NCBI RefSeq assembly: GCF_006345805.1
Contig: NC_043012.1
Span: 33,604,001-33,668,000 of the forward strand
Length of the DNA: 64,000 nucleotides
Reading direction: 5' to 3'
Origin: Octopus sinensis
Taxonomy: Eukaryota
Below, piece by piece: positions 52,174-64,000 of the stretch. The first letter of the stretch is position 1, and the number at the start of each line of letters is the position of its first letter. A model generated the notes under the pieces. The model ran no database searches. It saw only the letters and a list, made by a program, of their open reading frames with translations, and was not told the origin of the DNA. The translations under genes and the position numbers were made by a program.

Positions 52174-52727
52174 AGTGTTTGCGCTAAGCAATGTTTAGGC
52201 ATGAGCAGAATTAGGTAAGTTGAAATATGTTTGTCACATATTTTAACTGCTAAAAGGCAAATTTATTGCAGATACCTTGGAGAAAGTATCTCTCTTATGG
52301 TAAAAAGGTGTGAAAACACCCGGTTCATTCAGTGTCGCCATCTATTAGGAATCTCAGACGAATTTCAATTTACCTAATTTTGTCATGCTTAAACTGTACT
52401 TAGCACTAACACTTTGCTATTTTCCCTCGGTCGGGCGATCTACTTGCGCAAGTCAGTCAACGTGTTGACTGAATTATGCATAAAGCTACGGCTTTATAAG
52501 TTCGTTCAGAGTCGCCTCTCTTAGGTACATCTCATTGACAAGAGACAAGAAGTTGAAACATCGGTGTTTGAAATTCCAAATAGATTGCGACACTAAAACG
52601 AACCAGGTGTTTTCACACCTTTTTACCATAAGAGAGATATATTATCCGCGGTAGCTGCAACGTATTTACCTTTTCGTAGTTGAAATATGTGACAAACATA
52701 TTTCAACTTAACCTAATTCTGCTCAAT
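52174..52727. mobile_element. foldback or MITE-like element with nested inverted repeats
   Basis: About 52202-52368 pairs with 52553-52725, and about 52174-52223 also pairs with 52363-52412. Confidence 0.6.
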
Positions 52728-52730
52728 ATA

Positions 52731-52770
<40 letters not shown>

Positions 52771-52851
52771 TATTATATATATATATATATATTATATATA
52801 TATATATATATTATATATATATATATAATATATATATATATAATATATATA

Positions 52852-52903
<52 letters not shown>

Positions 52904-53218
52904 GTATTTGTATGTATATATATATACACACACACACTTATATTCAAATATGAATCAGAAGCAGCACTAGTGTTGTAGACATTATCGACCACGCATACTC
53001 AATGTACCATGTATACTTGTTTACCGGCAGGTTGCGTTAGCGCGGTGGGGGGTGACTCCCGCAAAGCGCTGGGTGTTTAAACATCTCGGCCGCACGCGTG
53101 CAAACATTCGCACGCACACTCACATGTACGTATATATGCATATACTTGCGTATACATATGTATATGTTTGTTGGTATGTAAGTATATGTATGCATGTATA
53201 TGTTCATATGTGTGTGTG

Positions 53219-53260
<42 letters not shown>

Positions 53261-53449
53261 GACAGAGCAACGGAAAGACAGACAGACAAAAGAGACGGAC
53301 AGATAAATAGGTAGGAAGATGAACAGGCAAATAGATGAATAGAGAGAGGCAAATATAGAGAGAGAAACAAACACAAGTTTATTTACATGCCTACCTTGGT
53401 AGGTAAGCAGGGACATAGACATGTTTTGTGCATCTGTAATATATACTGA

Positions 53450-53791
53450 TGTGAAGGCGCATGGCTCAGTGGTTAGAGCGTCGAGCTTACGATCGTGAGG
53501 TTGTGAGCTCGAATCCCGGACCGGGCTGCGTGTTGTGTTCTTGAGCAAGACACTTTATTTCAGGTTGCTCCAGTTCACTCAGCTGTAGAAATGAGTTGCG
53601 ACGTCACAGGTGCCAAGCTGTATCGACCTTTGCCTTTCCCTTGGATAACACTGGTGGCGTGGAGAGGGGAGGCCGGTATGCATGGGTGACTGCTGGTCTT
53701 CCATAAACAACCTTGCCCGGACTTGTACCTGGGAGGGTAACTTTCTAGGTGCAATCTCATGGTCTTTGTCGTGACCGAAGGGGGGTCTCAG
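53450..53791 (+). mobile_element. full-length tRNA-derived SINE, type D
   Basis: Head GGCGCATGGCTCAGTGGTTAGAGCG...GCTCGAATCCC, then TGTTCTTGAGCAAGACACTT; 12-bp TSD AATATATACTGA at 53438-53449 and 53792-53803. Confidence 0.9.
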
Positions 53792-54347
53792 AATATATAC
53801 TGACGAAATTTGACACATTAATCATCAGAAAGACATACTTAAGCACCTATGTAGATAGTAGCAGGAAGAGCCATAAATTGTGAGAACACACGCAATACAT
53901 TTATATGATCGCCATCATTATCATGGTCATCATCATCATCGTCATCATCATAAACATCATCATTATAATTAAGACCATTGTTCCATGCTATTGATATCTG
54001 AGATGTCTCAGTTATCGCCTCTCTCAGTTCTTTGTCATAATATGGTTTAGTTGTCAAGAGATGAAGTTCTTACTTGTACTTGCTGCAGCATTCACTCGGA
54101 GTGGGTTGAGCCGGCTCCGACCAACGAGTTCACCACGTCCCTCTGGAATGCTGACCACGTCTGACGGATAGGTACTTCATACGAGAGCAAGCGCGTCGGA
54201 TAGCGCGGTCGCCTTAGATGTAGTCGTCATTGGCTGTTGAGGTGTAGAGTTTGTGTTTCAGAGTTTCAGGGGAAATATAAGCTCACTTGTCGTCCCCGGT
54301 CACATACGTACACAGTTTCGGATATTATAATCCAGAGCAGCTCATCT

Positions 54348-54586
54348 TACCTATTTCTTTACTACCCACAAGGGGCTAAACTCAGAGAGGACAAACAAGG
54401 ACAGACAAAGGGATTAAGTCGATTACATCGACCCCTGTGCGTAACTGGTACTTAATTTATCGACCCCGAAAAGATGAAAGGCAAAGTCGACCTCGGCGGA
54501 ATTTGAACTCAGAACGTAGCGGCAGACGAAATACGGCTACGCATTTCGCCCGGCGTGCTAACGTTTCTGCCAGCTCGCCGCCTTGA
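54348..54586 (-). mobile_element. young full-length SINE type A
   Basis: Flanked by the direct repeat AGAGCAGCTCATCTTACC at 54334-54351 and 54587-54604. Confidence 0.9.
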
Positions 54587-55758
54587 AGAGCAGCTCATCT
54601 TACCGTCGAATGACGACCGTCGCAGAGGATTCACTGACCAAGTCGCAGCCGATTATAGGAGTAGACATAGCCCGGGTTTGAGGGGATGAGGTGCAGCCTC
54701 TTTAACCATTTCCAATACAGGTGGAATAACGAGAGCGATATATGCTTCGACCAAAAGCCTTCTTTCGATGTTTTCATCAGAAGCGACTTTAAGTCACTGA
54801 AGGATGTTTTTAATCGAGCAATGGATCAAATATAGCAAATATGATACTACGGGCTTCCATACAGTTTCCGTCCACCCAGTTTCACTTACAGGTTGTTGGC
54901 CAATACATTAGTGTTTGGCAGAAGATACTCGTCTAGATTTGTCCATCCAATTACCATCCAATTCTACAAAAAGCATCAGATTCGGTTCACCACACTCTTA
55001 AGGAGTGGAACTTTGACGTTTGTGGCATATTAGTTAATCCAATTACAAAAGTTTGAGTTACCCCATTAAAAACAAAACAATCCTATGCCGCCACATAGAA
55101 TGAATTGTCTGAAGGAGACATGCTCTGAGGCAGGGTTTCACTTAAGAACCGTTTCTATAAAAAGTTTCTCTTATTTATAACTTCCATTCATTTCTTTTCG
55201 TATCTGTACTTCCTTATTTTACCATTCTACTACATTAGCAGAAGATATAAATATATCACCGAGAAAAAATAAAAAACAAAAAAAAATCCTGCTTAACGAA
55301 AGTAAGTCCCTCCAGTAAATTGTTCTGCATCAAATTGGATATCTCCTTGCTATCATCGCCAGAAATACAGCGAACAAAGGATTGGTCCATTGGGACTTTG
55401 GGAATCTGCAATTGACGACGCTGTTCCTCACAATTTTATATATAACATTAATAGATAAATAAGTATATTAAAGTCTAAAACACTTTCATAAAAATTTAAT
55501 TCATAAACTCTTATAAAGCGATCTTTAGTTCCGCATAAACACTTATTGTCAAGTTTACTGCAGATGATTTATTTGGGGGTACTTGCCTCCCTCTTTATGC
55601 ATACTTAATACAAACGTACATACATATAAACATAATAGACACACACGTATACATATATGTATGTATGGTTGTATGTATGTGTCTACGTATATAGTATATG
55701 TGTGTGTGGTGTTGTGTGTGTGTATGTAGGTATATATACATACATGTATATAAATATA

Positions 55759-55851
<93 letters not shown>

Positions 55852-56168
55852 TGATTACAAAGTCACGCATGGTTTTAATTGCGATGAGGCTCAGTAATAG
55901 CCAATTAAACCATAATCTCAATGGTGATCATCTACTCCGTGGGAGTTATAATACTTGATTTGTTTAACAAGGTTAGATTTTCCCCGTAGATGTCTCTGAA
56001 GTATATGAGGCTGAGGCTGAGTGTGGCATAAATATGTGCATGTATAGTCATGAAGATGTGGGATTATACATTCATAATAAGAGCGTTTCTAAACGAGAAG
56101 GAGCGCATGATCTTTATGTGTATGTGTGTGTTTTCATATTGATGTGTGTTTACATACATATAGACATG

Positions 56169-56360
56169 CTATTTCTTTACTACCCACAAGGGGCTAAACA
56201 TAGAGAGGGCAAACAAGGACAGACAAACGGATTAAGTCGATTATATCGACCCCAGTGCGAAACTGGTACTTATTTAATCGACCCCGAAAGGATGAAAGGC
56301 AAAGTCGACCTCGGCGGAATTTGAACTCAGAACGTAGCGCCAGACGAAATGCTGCTACGC
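56169..56360 (-). mobile_element. SINE type A, 5'-truncated
   Basis: Matches the other type A copies. Confidence 0.85.
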
Positions 56361-58344
56361 CCAACTACCAGTTGTTGAGATCTGCAAAGCTGGAATGGTG
56401 CAAACGGTCATGATTCTGAGGGAGTTCAAAGACAAAAATACGGGACAATCGGCCAGATGTTATGACTACAAAATGGCTCCTATAGAAAGAAACTGATGAC
56501 ATCTTGACATAACTGGAACACCGAGATATAGTGGGAGCAATTCAAATTGACCGGAAGGAGATTGTTTGCAATCCAGTTAAACCATTTTCAACGATGACAC
56601 AGAGAGAGCATAGAGCCGCCATCTGTGGCTGTGTTAAAGGCAAAGTAAGAGAGAACTGCATTTTGATTCAATGCCTTCTGTCATATGACCAATTGGGAAG
56701 AAAAGATTATTGGAAAGGAGGTAGGCTGGAATGAAATCTGACGGTGGAGCACATTACGGTTGAATTTCCTCCTTCAAGCTGCCTATGAATAGCAGCCATC
56801 CCCTCGCAATCAGTTCATATGGAAAAAGAGTGAATAACAATGGTTTTGGAAAAGTATACATGGAGGTCCTCAAAATTCTCTATAGTGCCACTAAGAAGTA
56901 GAATGAAGCAATCAGTGGTAACAAGAACCCGCAGAAGGATGGTAGTAAACGGTTTATCACGTTTGTCTGTCAAGATCAAGGTGGCTGCCCAAAACAAGAA
57001 AAGCGTGAATGATGAGAGCTAGGACGGAGTATGGGAGGTAGCAGCAGATCTTTCAGGGTGTGAACGCCTCTTTTCAATATCAATAAGAAAGGAGTCGGAT
57101 ATGACGGTATGGTTGAGAAACTTAAGATAATACACCTTGTTGAATCAACTGTTCAACGCAAAAATAATATAGATGCAGCCCTGGTTAGAAAAGCCGAGCG
57201 CTATGAGGCCCTACTAAAATTTATGTTGGTTGGGGTGCAATACACTTTCTTGCAGAAGTTAGCTGTAGGGGTTTTATTCGGATGAGACAGAGATGGCAGC
57301 TGTTATCAATTGGTGTTCAACATCAGGAAGCAAACACAATCTTGAAGGATGCCACAGCATTTGTTAAGAGGAGGGCTTAGCCACTGGATATGGCTGAAAA
57401 GGAAATGATGAAACCTGGCTGGAAATGTAATGATCCTGAAGCGGATTTGAGGTCAAATACTAGTTAGTCGAAACAGTAAATGGAGTCTCACATCAGTGAG
57501 TGAGGTGGTAGTCTGTAAAGCAGTCGAGAAAAGGCCCTGAAATGGTGCGCATTTTCTGATGACCCCTGAGGCCTACTGGCGTCAGATATGTGGAGTTTTC
57601 GAATGGCGACATTTGTACTACCAAGATGTTTCTATGTCTCATGGATCGATCGATAGATGTTTATACCGAGAGAGAGCCGCAGACATATGACATAATCAAC
57701 ACACTCGCACGAACACGCGCGCACACACACACTCACACACACACACGCACGCACACAGAAATACAAGCATACACATGCTAAACACAAGCCAGTATTGAAC
57801 TCAATACCCAGTGATACCAAGCCTTTCCCCTACTTCCTGTTATTGACCCAATTGCAAATACCCGATCACTTTATCGTTCTATTATCATTTTTCAATACAT
57901 TATTTAAGATAAACATATTTGGCCACATTATCGATGTCACATGCGTACTGATACATACAGGAATCTTTTCAGTCCCTACGGAGGAAGTACCTGGGGTGAT
58001 ACTCGGCTGTGTTGACAACAACGAGACGATTTCTCAGCAGGGGAGTTTAAGAGGTTATCAAAAATACCAACGACGTTTGCATGATAGACAAGAAGGGAAA
58101 CAGGGGTAGTTAGTCTAACTGAGAGAGTATTGGCGTAATGATTAACGTAGTCGAACGGTATTTGACCGATTCTTGGTCCATCTAATTCTCGTAACCTCAT
58201 TTTGTCTACTATTTTCCATCTTATTCTGTGTTTGTGAATATACAGAAATCTTAACCTTTTGTACTACACACACACCTACGTGCATACATACATATAGATA
58301 TAATGTGTATCTATACGTATGAATGCACATGTGTGTGTGTGTGT

Positions 58345-58415
<71 letters not shown>

Positions 58416-58446
58416 CAAAATAAGCAACAAGTATATCCGAGGTAAT

Positions 58447-58532
58447 GTGGTACAATCGTTTCATGCTACTTCATTTTATTAAACACTATAAGTATTAAAT
58501 CAGTTTTAAAATGTCGAGCAATCTTCAGCCAC
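58447..58532 (-). ncRNA. type I hammerhead ribozyme, canonical core, long stem II
   Basis: Minus strand GUGG [CUGAAGA] U-UGC...GCA-U [GAA] ACGAUUGU A^ CCAC. Confidence 0.65.
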
Positions 58533-58664
58533 TTATAGACATTTTCCAATCAAACGGACAATGCACATTCTTATCTCTATTTAGTTTGCCAGCATTATAA
58601 AGAAGGTAGATATACACACAGAGAGGTTGATTTAATTCTTAAGATCATGATAGTATTAAATTTA

Positions 58665-58741
<77 letters not shown>

Positions 58742-59009
58742 CGTAAACTTTAGAGGTCAACATATTACTACGTAAAACGCTTTCAAGAAGCTACCGTGTA
58801 AATGTTACATATAGCGTGGACCGACTATAACGAATTCAGAGAGTAAATACGTTTGAAAATAATAATAATTGCTTATAATATAGGCCTAAAATCTGTGGGA
58901 AGGGAAGTTAGTCGACTACATGGACCCCAGGATTTGACTGGCACTTTATTCTTTCAGTCTCAGAGAATACAGGATTCCAGTCTTCTGTGCTTGTCAGAAT
59001 TCCGTATTT

Positions 59010-59830
59010 CGGATGTTGTGCCGAAGTGCACCAATTAACACAGAGTTAACTGGTGTTTTAGTCGTCACAGCCTCTGGTTCGTGTTCATACCATTTTCCCT
59101 GTTATTTCAAAACCACATCCTCGGCAAACATCCCAATGCACTCTTTTACCTATACAATCATACAAGTGCTCATTCTCATTTTGCGCTAACTTCCTCCATT
59201 CACTGGGGAGACGACTAGTACTATTATCATTGTTACGCTAGAACATACTAATTTAGTTAGCAGTCATTTTTTTCTTGAGGTTTAGTGACAAAAAGTCTCT
59301 TCAAATCTCAAGAATCAATCTGCATCTCTTTCAGTTTTTTAGATAAAATTTCATTTGTTGTGCACCAATTACCAAAGGAATAATCTCTTAATCCTCTCGT
59401 CTCCTCAGCTCTCTAGCTAGATCCTGATATTTCTCAACTTCTTTAATTTCTTTAGTATCGATTCTGCTATCATAGGGAACTGCAAACGATGTAAGATCTT
59501 TCCTGTTGAACACCCACACTCAGCTAACATCCCAATGCACACTTTTGTCTACACATCCATACTTGCCTTATACTCCGTTTGTGCTAGTATACTGCACTCA
59601 TTCAAACGTTATTGATGCTTTCGTTTCCTTTCCTGCAGATTCTACATTTGTTGTCTAATTGAGTTTTGTCGATCTTTGCCTCCTTTATCAGATATGTTCC
59701 AATGGCTTGTTCCTGAGCGGTTTGTTGTATGAATTGTTCATGCAGTTCCATTTCTTTCCATTTGTTGTTCTTCCTTTTCTCTTTGAATTCTCCTACTGTT
59801 TCGGTCAGTTTTGGGGTATCTCTCGCTGCC
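59010..59830 (-). mobile_element. two old R4/Dong-like LINE fragments
   Basis: The minus strand gives KLAQNE...GKRVHWDVC...KWYEHEPE near 59075-59200, and a similar VHWDV motif near 59525-59545. Confidence 0.55.
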
Positions 59831-59852
59831 GGTAGTATTCTTTACTCGTAGA

Positions 59853-59911
<59 letters not shown>
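59853..59911. repeat. (ATT)n microsatellite at a LINE 3' end
   Basis: Directly visible. Confidence 0.95.
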
Positions 59912-60600
59912 GAAAGACTCTCGGAGAGTTCTTAATTACTGGTTGTTCTTTACTTGAAAGCAGGCAATAATAAATCACAAAAAGTTTCAAGTAATGCTTT
60001 GTCCTGTGACTCAAAGAGATAATACTCTCCTTAGAATGCGAGCTTCACCCAACAATACTCCCTTCGGGATCACTTTTTCGAGCCTGACAGCAGCTCCAAT
60101 ATTCTAAATATGTTTGTCAAAGCCTTTGGAAACTGCTCCTAATGCTCCAATTACCACAAGGTATCACCATTACTTTCCTCATGCCCCATAACTTTCCTAT
60201 CTCATCCCGCAGTGGCTGGTATTTCTCACTCTTTTCTCTTACCTTACATTTCACCCTCGAATCGCCTGGTATTGCAACATCTATTATCTTTGCTTCTTCT
60301 TCATCTTTATAGATGACCACGATATCAGGCCGACTCGCCTCTATGACTTGATCGCAATGTATGTTAAAATCCCAGAGTATTTTGCAGTGTTCGTTTTCCA
60401 TTACTCCCTCTGATTTCTGTTCATGCCATTGTTCGGCTCTCTCGAGGTTTGCTTTATCGCACAACAGCCAGTGGACATATCTAGCCACATTGTCGTGTCT
60501 CCTTTTATGTTTGCGTTGTGCGAGCTTAACTTTCTCCCTTCTCGGAGCACATCATACACTGTGACTATTTTTATTACGTGCTTTCACTGCACTACCGAGT
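59912..60600 (-). mobile_element. R4/Dong-like LINE 3' end (REL endonuclease)
   Basis: ORF 60117-60488(-): ARYVHW...WHEQK...KILWDFNIHCDQVIEASRPDIVV...IIDVAIPGD...EKSEKYQPL; runs into (TAA)n. Confidence 0.85.
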
Positions 60601-60609
60601 GCAGCTCAG

Positions 60610-61400
60610 TGTGCCTTGGGTATGTGCTGTGGTTTGTTGTGTATTGAAAGCGTTTTACGTAGGATGTGTGCAGTGCCTAGTAGTGCTATTTTCTGCATGT
60701 TATATATACTTGTAAGTCCTGGAGTTTTCGTTATGTATTTGTCTAAATATATTTTTATCAAACCTAATGCGCCTACTATGATAGGAATTGTTTCTGTTTT
60801 TAGATTCTGCATTCGAATTACTTCTATTTTCAGATCTTTGTATTTTTAAAGTTTCTCCGTTTCTTTTAGAGAAACATTGTCATCTGTTGGTATTGATACA
60901 TCGGTTAGAATGCATTTTTTCTGGGTGATCTCTGACAACTATATCCGGCCTATTGGCCTTAATTTCTCTATCTGTATATATTGGGATATCCCAGAGTATG
61001 GTTGCTTTCTCATTTTCTGTGACCTTTTCTGTTGTTATTCCATAGTGTGGCATAGCTTCCAGTGTATATAGGTCCTAACTCTGTTCTGTCTCTGGTTATA
61101 TCTCTTCTTACCCGGCAATAGGCAGCCAGAGACAATATCATTTATTGTTTCTTCTCCATCTCCACTTATTCCGCAGTTACTTGTATTTCTTTTCATTACA
61201 TGTTTTGGTCATTTCTGGTGGGAAGGCTTTGATCTTGTGCTGCAATTAAAAATTCTTCAGTCTCTGCTTTGAGTCCTGAGCTCCACAGCCATTGCTGGGA
61301 CTTTGCTTTGTCTGTTACTTTTCATTTTAGTTTAACCTAGTATTTGCCATGAAGGGGCTTTTCTTGCCATCGTTTTATCATGATCCGTTGCTGTTCCAGT
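60610..61400 (-). mobile_element. R4/Dong-like LINE 3' fragment, third subfamily
   Basis: LKTETIPIIVGALGLI...MQKIALLGTAHILRKTL (60606-60812); upstream LKAETEEFLIAAQDQSLPTR near 61210-61275. Confidence 0.8.
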
Positions 61401-62288
61401 TGTTACTATTATGTATATTCAGTTTGCTTTTGTCATTACAGTTTAAAGCCAGAACTTAGCATCATCTTCAATTCTGATTCTTCCATTTATCGTACCTTCT
61501 CTTTTTTTTTTTAGAGTCCTGCTTTGTTATTGTTGGATTTTATATTTAATCTTGCTAATTGGTTGATCAAAACTATTTTTGCAGAGCCTTAAGGCATTTG
61601 GAAGAGTGCAAAGATGATTTGTCTGCGCGCGTTGTGCGGGTGTGAAAGTGTGTGTGCGTTTCCGACTGACTTTGTAGTGTCTATGCTAAAGTTAATAATT
61701 GCCTCAGCAAAATTTGAAAATAAATCCACGTGTAGTAGATACGTGTGTCTTTTATATAATCAATGATTAATTGATCAATGAATCATTAATTATTGCAGGT
61801 GTTGCTACTGTAATTGTAAAAGCCCGGTGCATCTTGGGATTTCTTCGTAAGTTTGGTGTTTTGGAAGAAGTTTCTTTGGCCTTGTGTTGATGCCACTAGT
61901 GGTGGTGGTGGTGGTGATAGTAATGTAGCCTAAAGTTCCGTTGATCGAGTATACCAAAAATTAAAGGTGTTCCGGCGATAGCATTCCCATACCTAATACT
62001 ACATCAACAATGTATTTTCGTATTTAATTTTGCTGCTCTTTCTATCAAATCAAGCGAATACTCCCTCAAATAAAACTCCCATTTTCATCTCTATTATAAT
62101 GTTTTTAATGTATTATTGGCCATCCTTGGACACAACCATCACATATTTTAATCAATTATATCAACATCACTTCTTGCTTTTATTGATCTCCTCTTGTCGA
62201 ATAATTAAGTTGCTGATAAAGACAGACATGAAAAACACCAGCTATTAGACCGATGTAAATGAAAGCACAGTAATGGACACACAAGACC

Positions 62289-62336
<48 letters not shown>

Positions 62337-62416
62337 AAACAACATATTTACTGATGAGGTAACTTGATACTAAATTTAGAATTAGTTTTAATTAGCAGCC
62401 CAATGTATGTTCATAT

Positions 62417-62458
<42 letters not shown>

Positions 62459-62469
62459 TATACTTTAAT

Positions 62470-63310
62470 TTATCCTTCTCCAACCCTACCCACACCAAGC
62501 TCTTCATCCTCGAACCCCAATTCCTCTGTCTACGCAGGCTCTGCACTGATGACCATGACTTTGAGACTCAGTCTCAACACAAGGCTCGCCACTTCATCCA
62601 ACGTGGAAATTCACTCACCATTATCCACACTGCCCTTGGCCGGGCACGATCTGTGCATCATGTCTCTGCTCTTTTTCCTCGTACCCGACTCACCTTTACC
62701 CGTCTCCCGATTTCCCTCACCTACCACTTCTCCACCCTACCCTTCCAATGCATTATTCTCCGAGCCTTCCTGTGACAGCAGCCCGACCCCTCCACCTTGC
62801 ATATCTTCCCTAACCTACACCTTCCCTTCTTCAAACAAGCCCATAACCTGCGTGACCTCCTAGTCCACAGTTTCTTCCCTATACCCGCCTCTCAGCCTGG
62901 ATCCTTTCCCTACTCCCAGCCACGCTGTCGCACCTGCCCCTACCTCTCTAACACCACCATCTTCACAAGCACATATCACCGTCCTTATCACCACACCGAC
63001 TCCTTTACCCGCACCTTTAGTAATGTCAATTACTGCATCTGCTCGCTGTACCTTCCTGTACATTGTCCAAACGGGACGCCGATAGGCTGGTCGGTACGCG
63101 AAGCACCTCTGGGACATCAGACTCAGCAATGACACCCCGGTCTCGCGCCACATCTGCTCTACTGGTCAGTCGCTACATCTGTCTGTGCTCGGACTGTCTT
63201 TCCACAGGTTCCGCCCGTTTTCCCACCTTCGCCGTGAACAAAAATTAATCTTCCCTCTTCGTTCCTTTGTGCCACATGGGCTAAATTCAGCTCCTCTCTT
63301 CATCTGACAC
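62470..63310 (+). mobile_element. Penelope-like element: RT thumb, Cys linker and GIY-YIG, decayed
   Basis: QFLCLRRLCTDDHDF...FIQRG...LTYH, then FKQAHNLRDLLVHS...PRCRTCPY...SNVNYCIC; terminal GLN motif near 63280. Confidence 0.8.
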
Positions 63311-63813
63311 CAACCTCAACTCCTCTCTTTATTTGATATCAATCCCACACGTATTCCCACTCACTTCTCACGTTCTCCACCTACACACCTGCATACAGCC
63401 CTCCTCGGTACCCTCACCCACATGCACACTGTTATCAGCTAACATCTTGTTTTAAGTTTTCCCTTACTAAACCTCATGACATTGCTTCTAATAAATCTTG
63501 ATTTTTATGACTATATCATCTAGAATGTCTGTCTACTCCCTCAACTCTACCCCAAGCAAATACGGCCCACTGTTTCTCTCAGCCTTAAATATATAAGGGA
63601 TTTGATAAACTAGTCTATAAATTAAAACTGACCCCATAAAAAAGAAACAAAAGCAATCAGTGAAAGGCAGTGTCTCCTTGAAAATTTTAGTTACGACTAT
63701 GCTGTTGTAGGTACAACATGCTCTTTGTCTATCTCCTTAACTTCTTGGCGATTTTAGGTATAATTATACTAATGTGTCCATCTGTTCTAATTTAATTAAA
63801 TTCTATGTGTTTG

Positions 63814-63900
63814 TGCAGCTAAAGATCGCTCTACATTTTAAATTGATGTAATGATTGCATTGTTTAATTAAACAGAGTTGCATGAAACGATCGTACTGCA
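63814..63900 (+). ncRNA. hammerhead-like motif with G5A core change, long stem II
   Basis: UGCAG [CUAAAGA] UCGC...GCAU [GAA] ACGAUCGU A^ CUGCA; followed by TTGCTTATTTTGATT and (TA)n. Confidence 0.55.
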
Positions 63901-63931
63901 TTACCTCTAGATATCCGTGTTGCTTATTTTG

Positions 63932-64000
<69 letters not shown>

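Noticed and set aside
53455-53525. tRNA-like sequence as a tRNA gene
   Set aside because: It has A and B boxes but continues into a SINE body with a TSD; the same applies to 4137-4205 and 33640-33710.
54755-54785. Minus-strand CTGATGA...GAAA as a hammerhead
   Set aside because: The intervening AAACATC cannot form stem II.
56350-57600. Possible old LINE remnant or host exons
   Set aside because: I could not read a diagnostic motif or a splice-bounded frame.
62350-62385. CTGATGA followed by a short hairpin, as a hammerhead
   Set aside because: No GAAA after stem II and no convincing stems I or III.

Overview
This is AT-rich, repeat-saturated eukaryotic intergenic or intronic DNA. The SINE types and very high microsatellite load suggest a coleoid cephalopod such as Octopus (inference, not verified). 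I find no convincing host exon; most ORF-track entries are microsatellite read-throughs or decayed transposon coding fragments. Recognisable content: four tRNA-derived SINE types, non-LTR retrotransposon remnants (R4/Dong-like, RTE, Tx1/L1-like, CRE-like), five non-autonomous Helitrons, Mariner, hAT and Merlin-like DNA elements, and several Penelope-like elements (PLEs) with GIY-YIG fragments. The main hidden signal is ten full type I hammerhead ribozyme (HHR) folds, canonical and core-variant, many in inverted-repeat arms and next to (TA)n tracts. One sits in a non-coding 496-bp unit arranged as an inverted copy plus about 1.4 tandem copies (49748-50863), which looks like a retrozyme or non-autonomous PLE. 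All calls were made by eye; boundaries are approximate unless a TSD, TIR or terminus is quoted.
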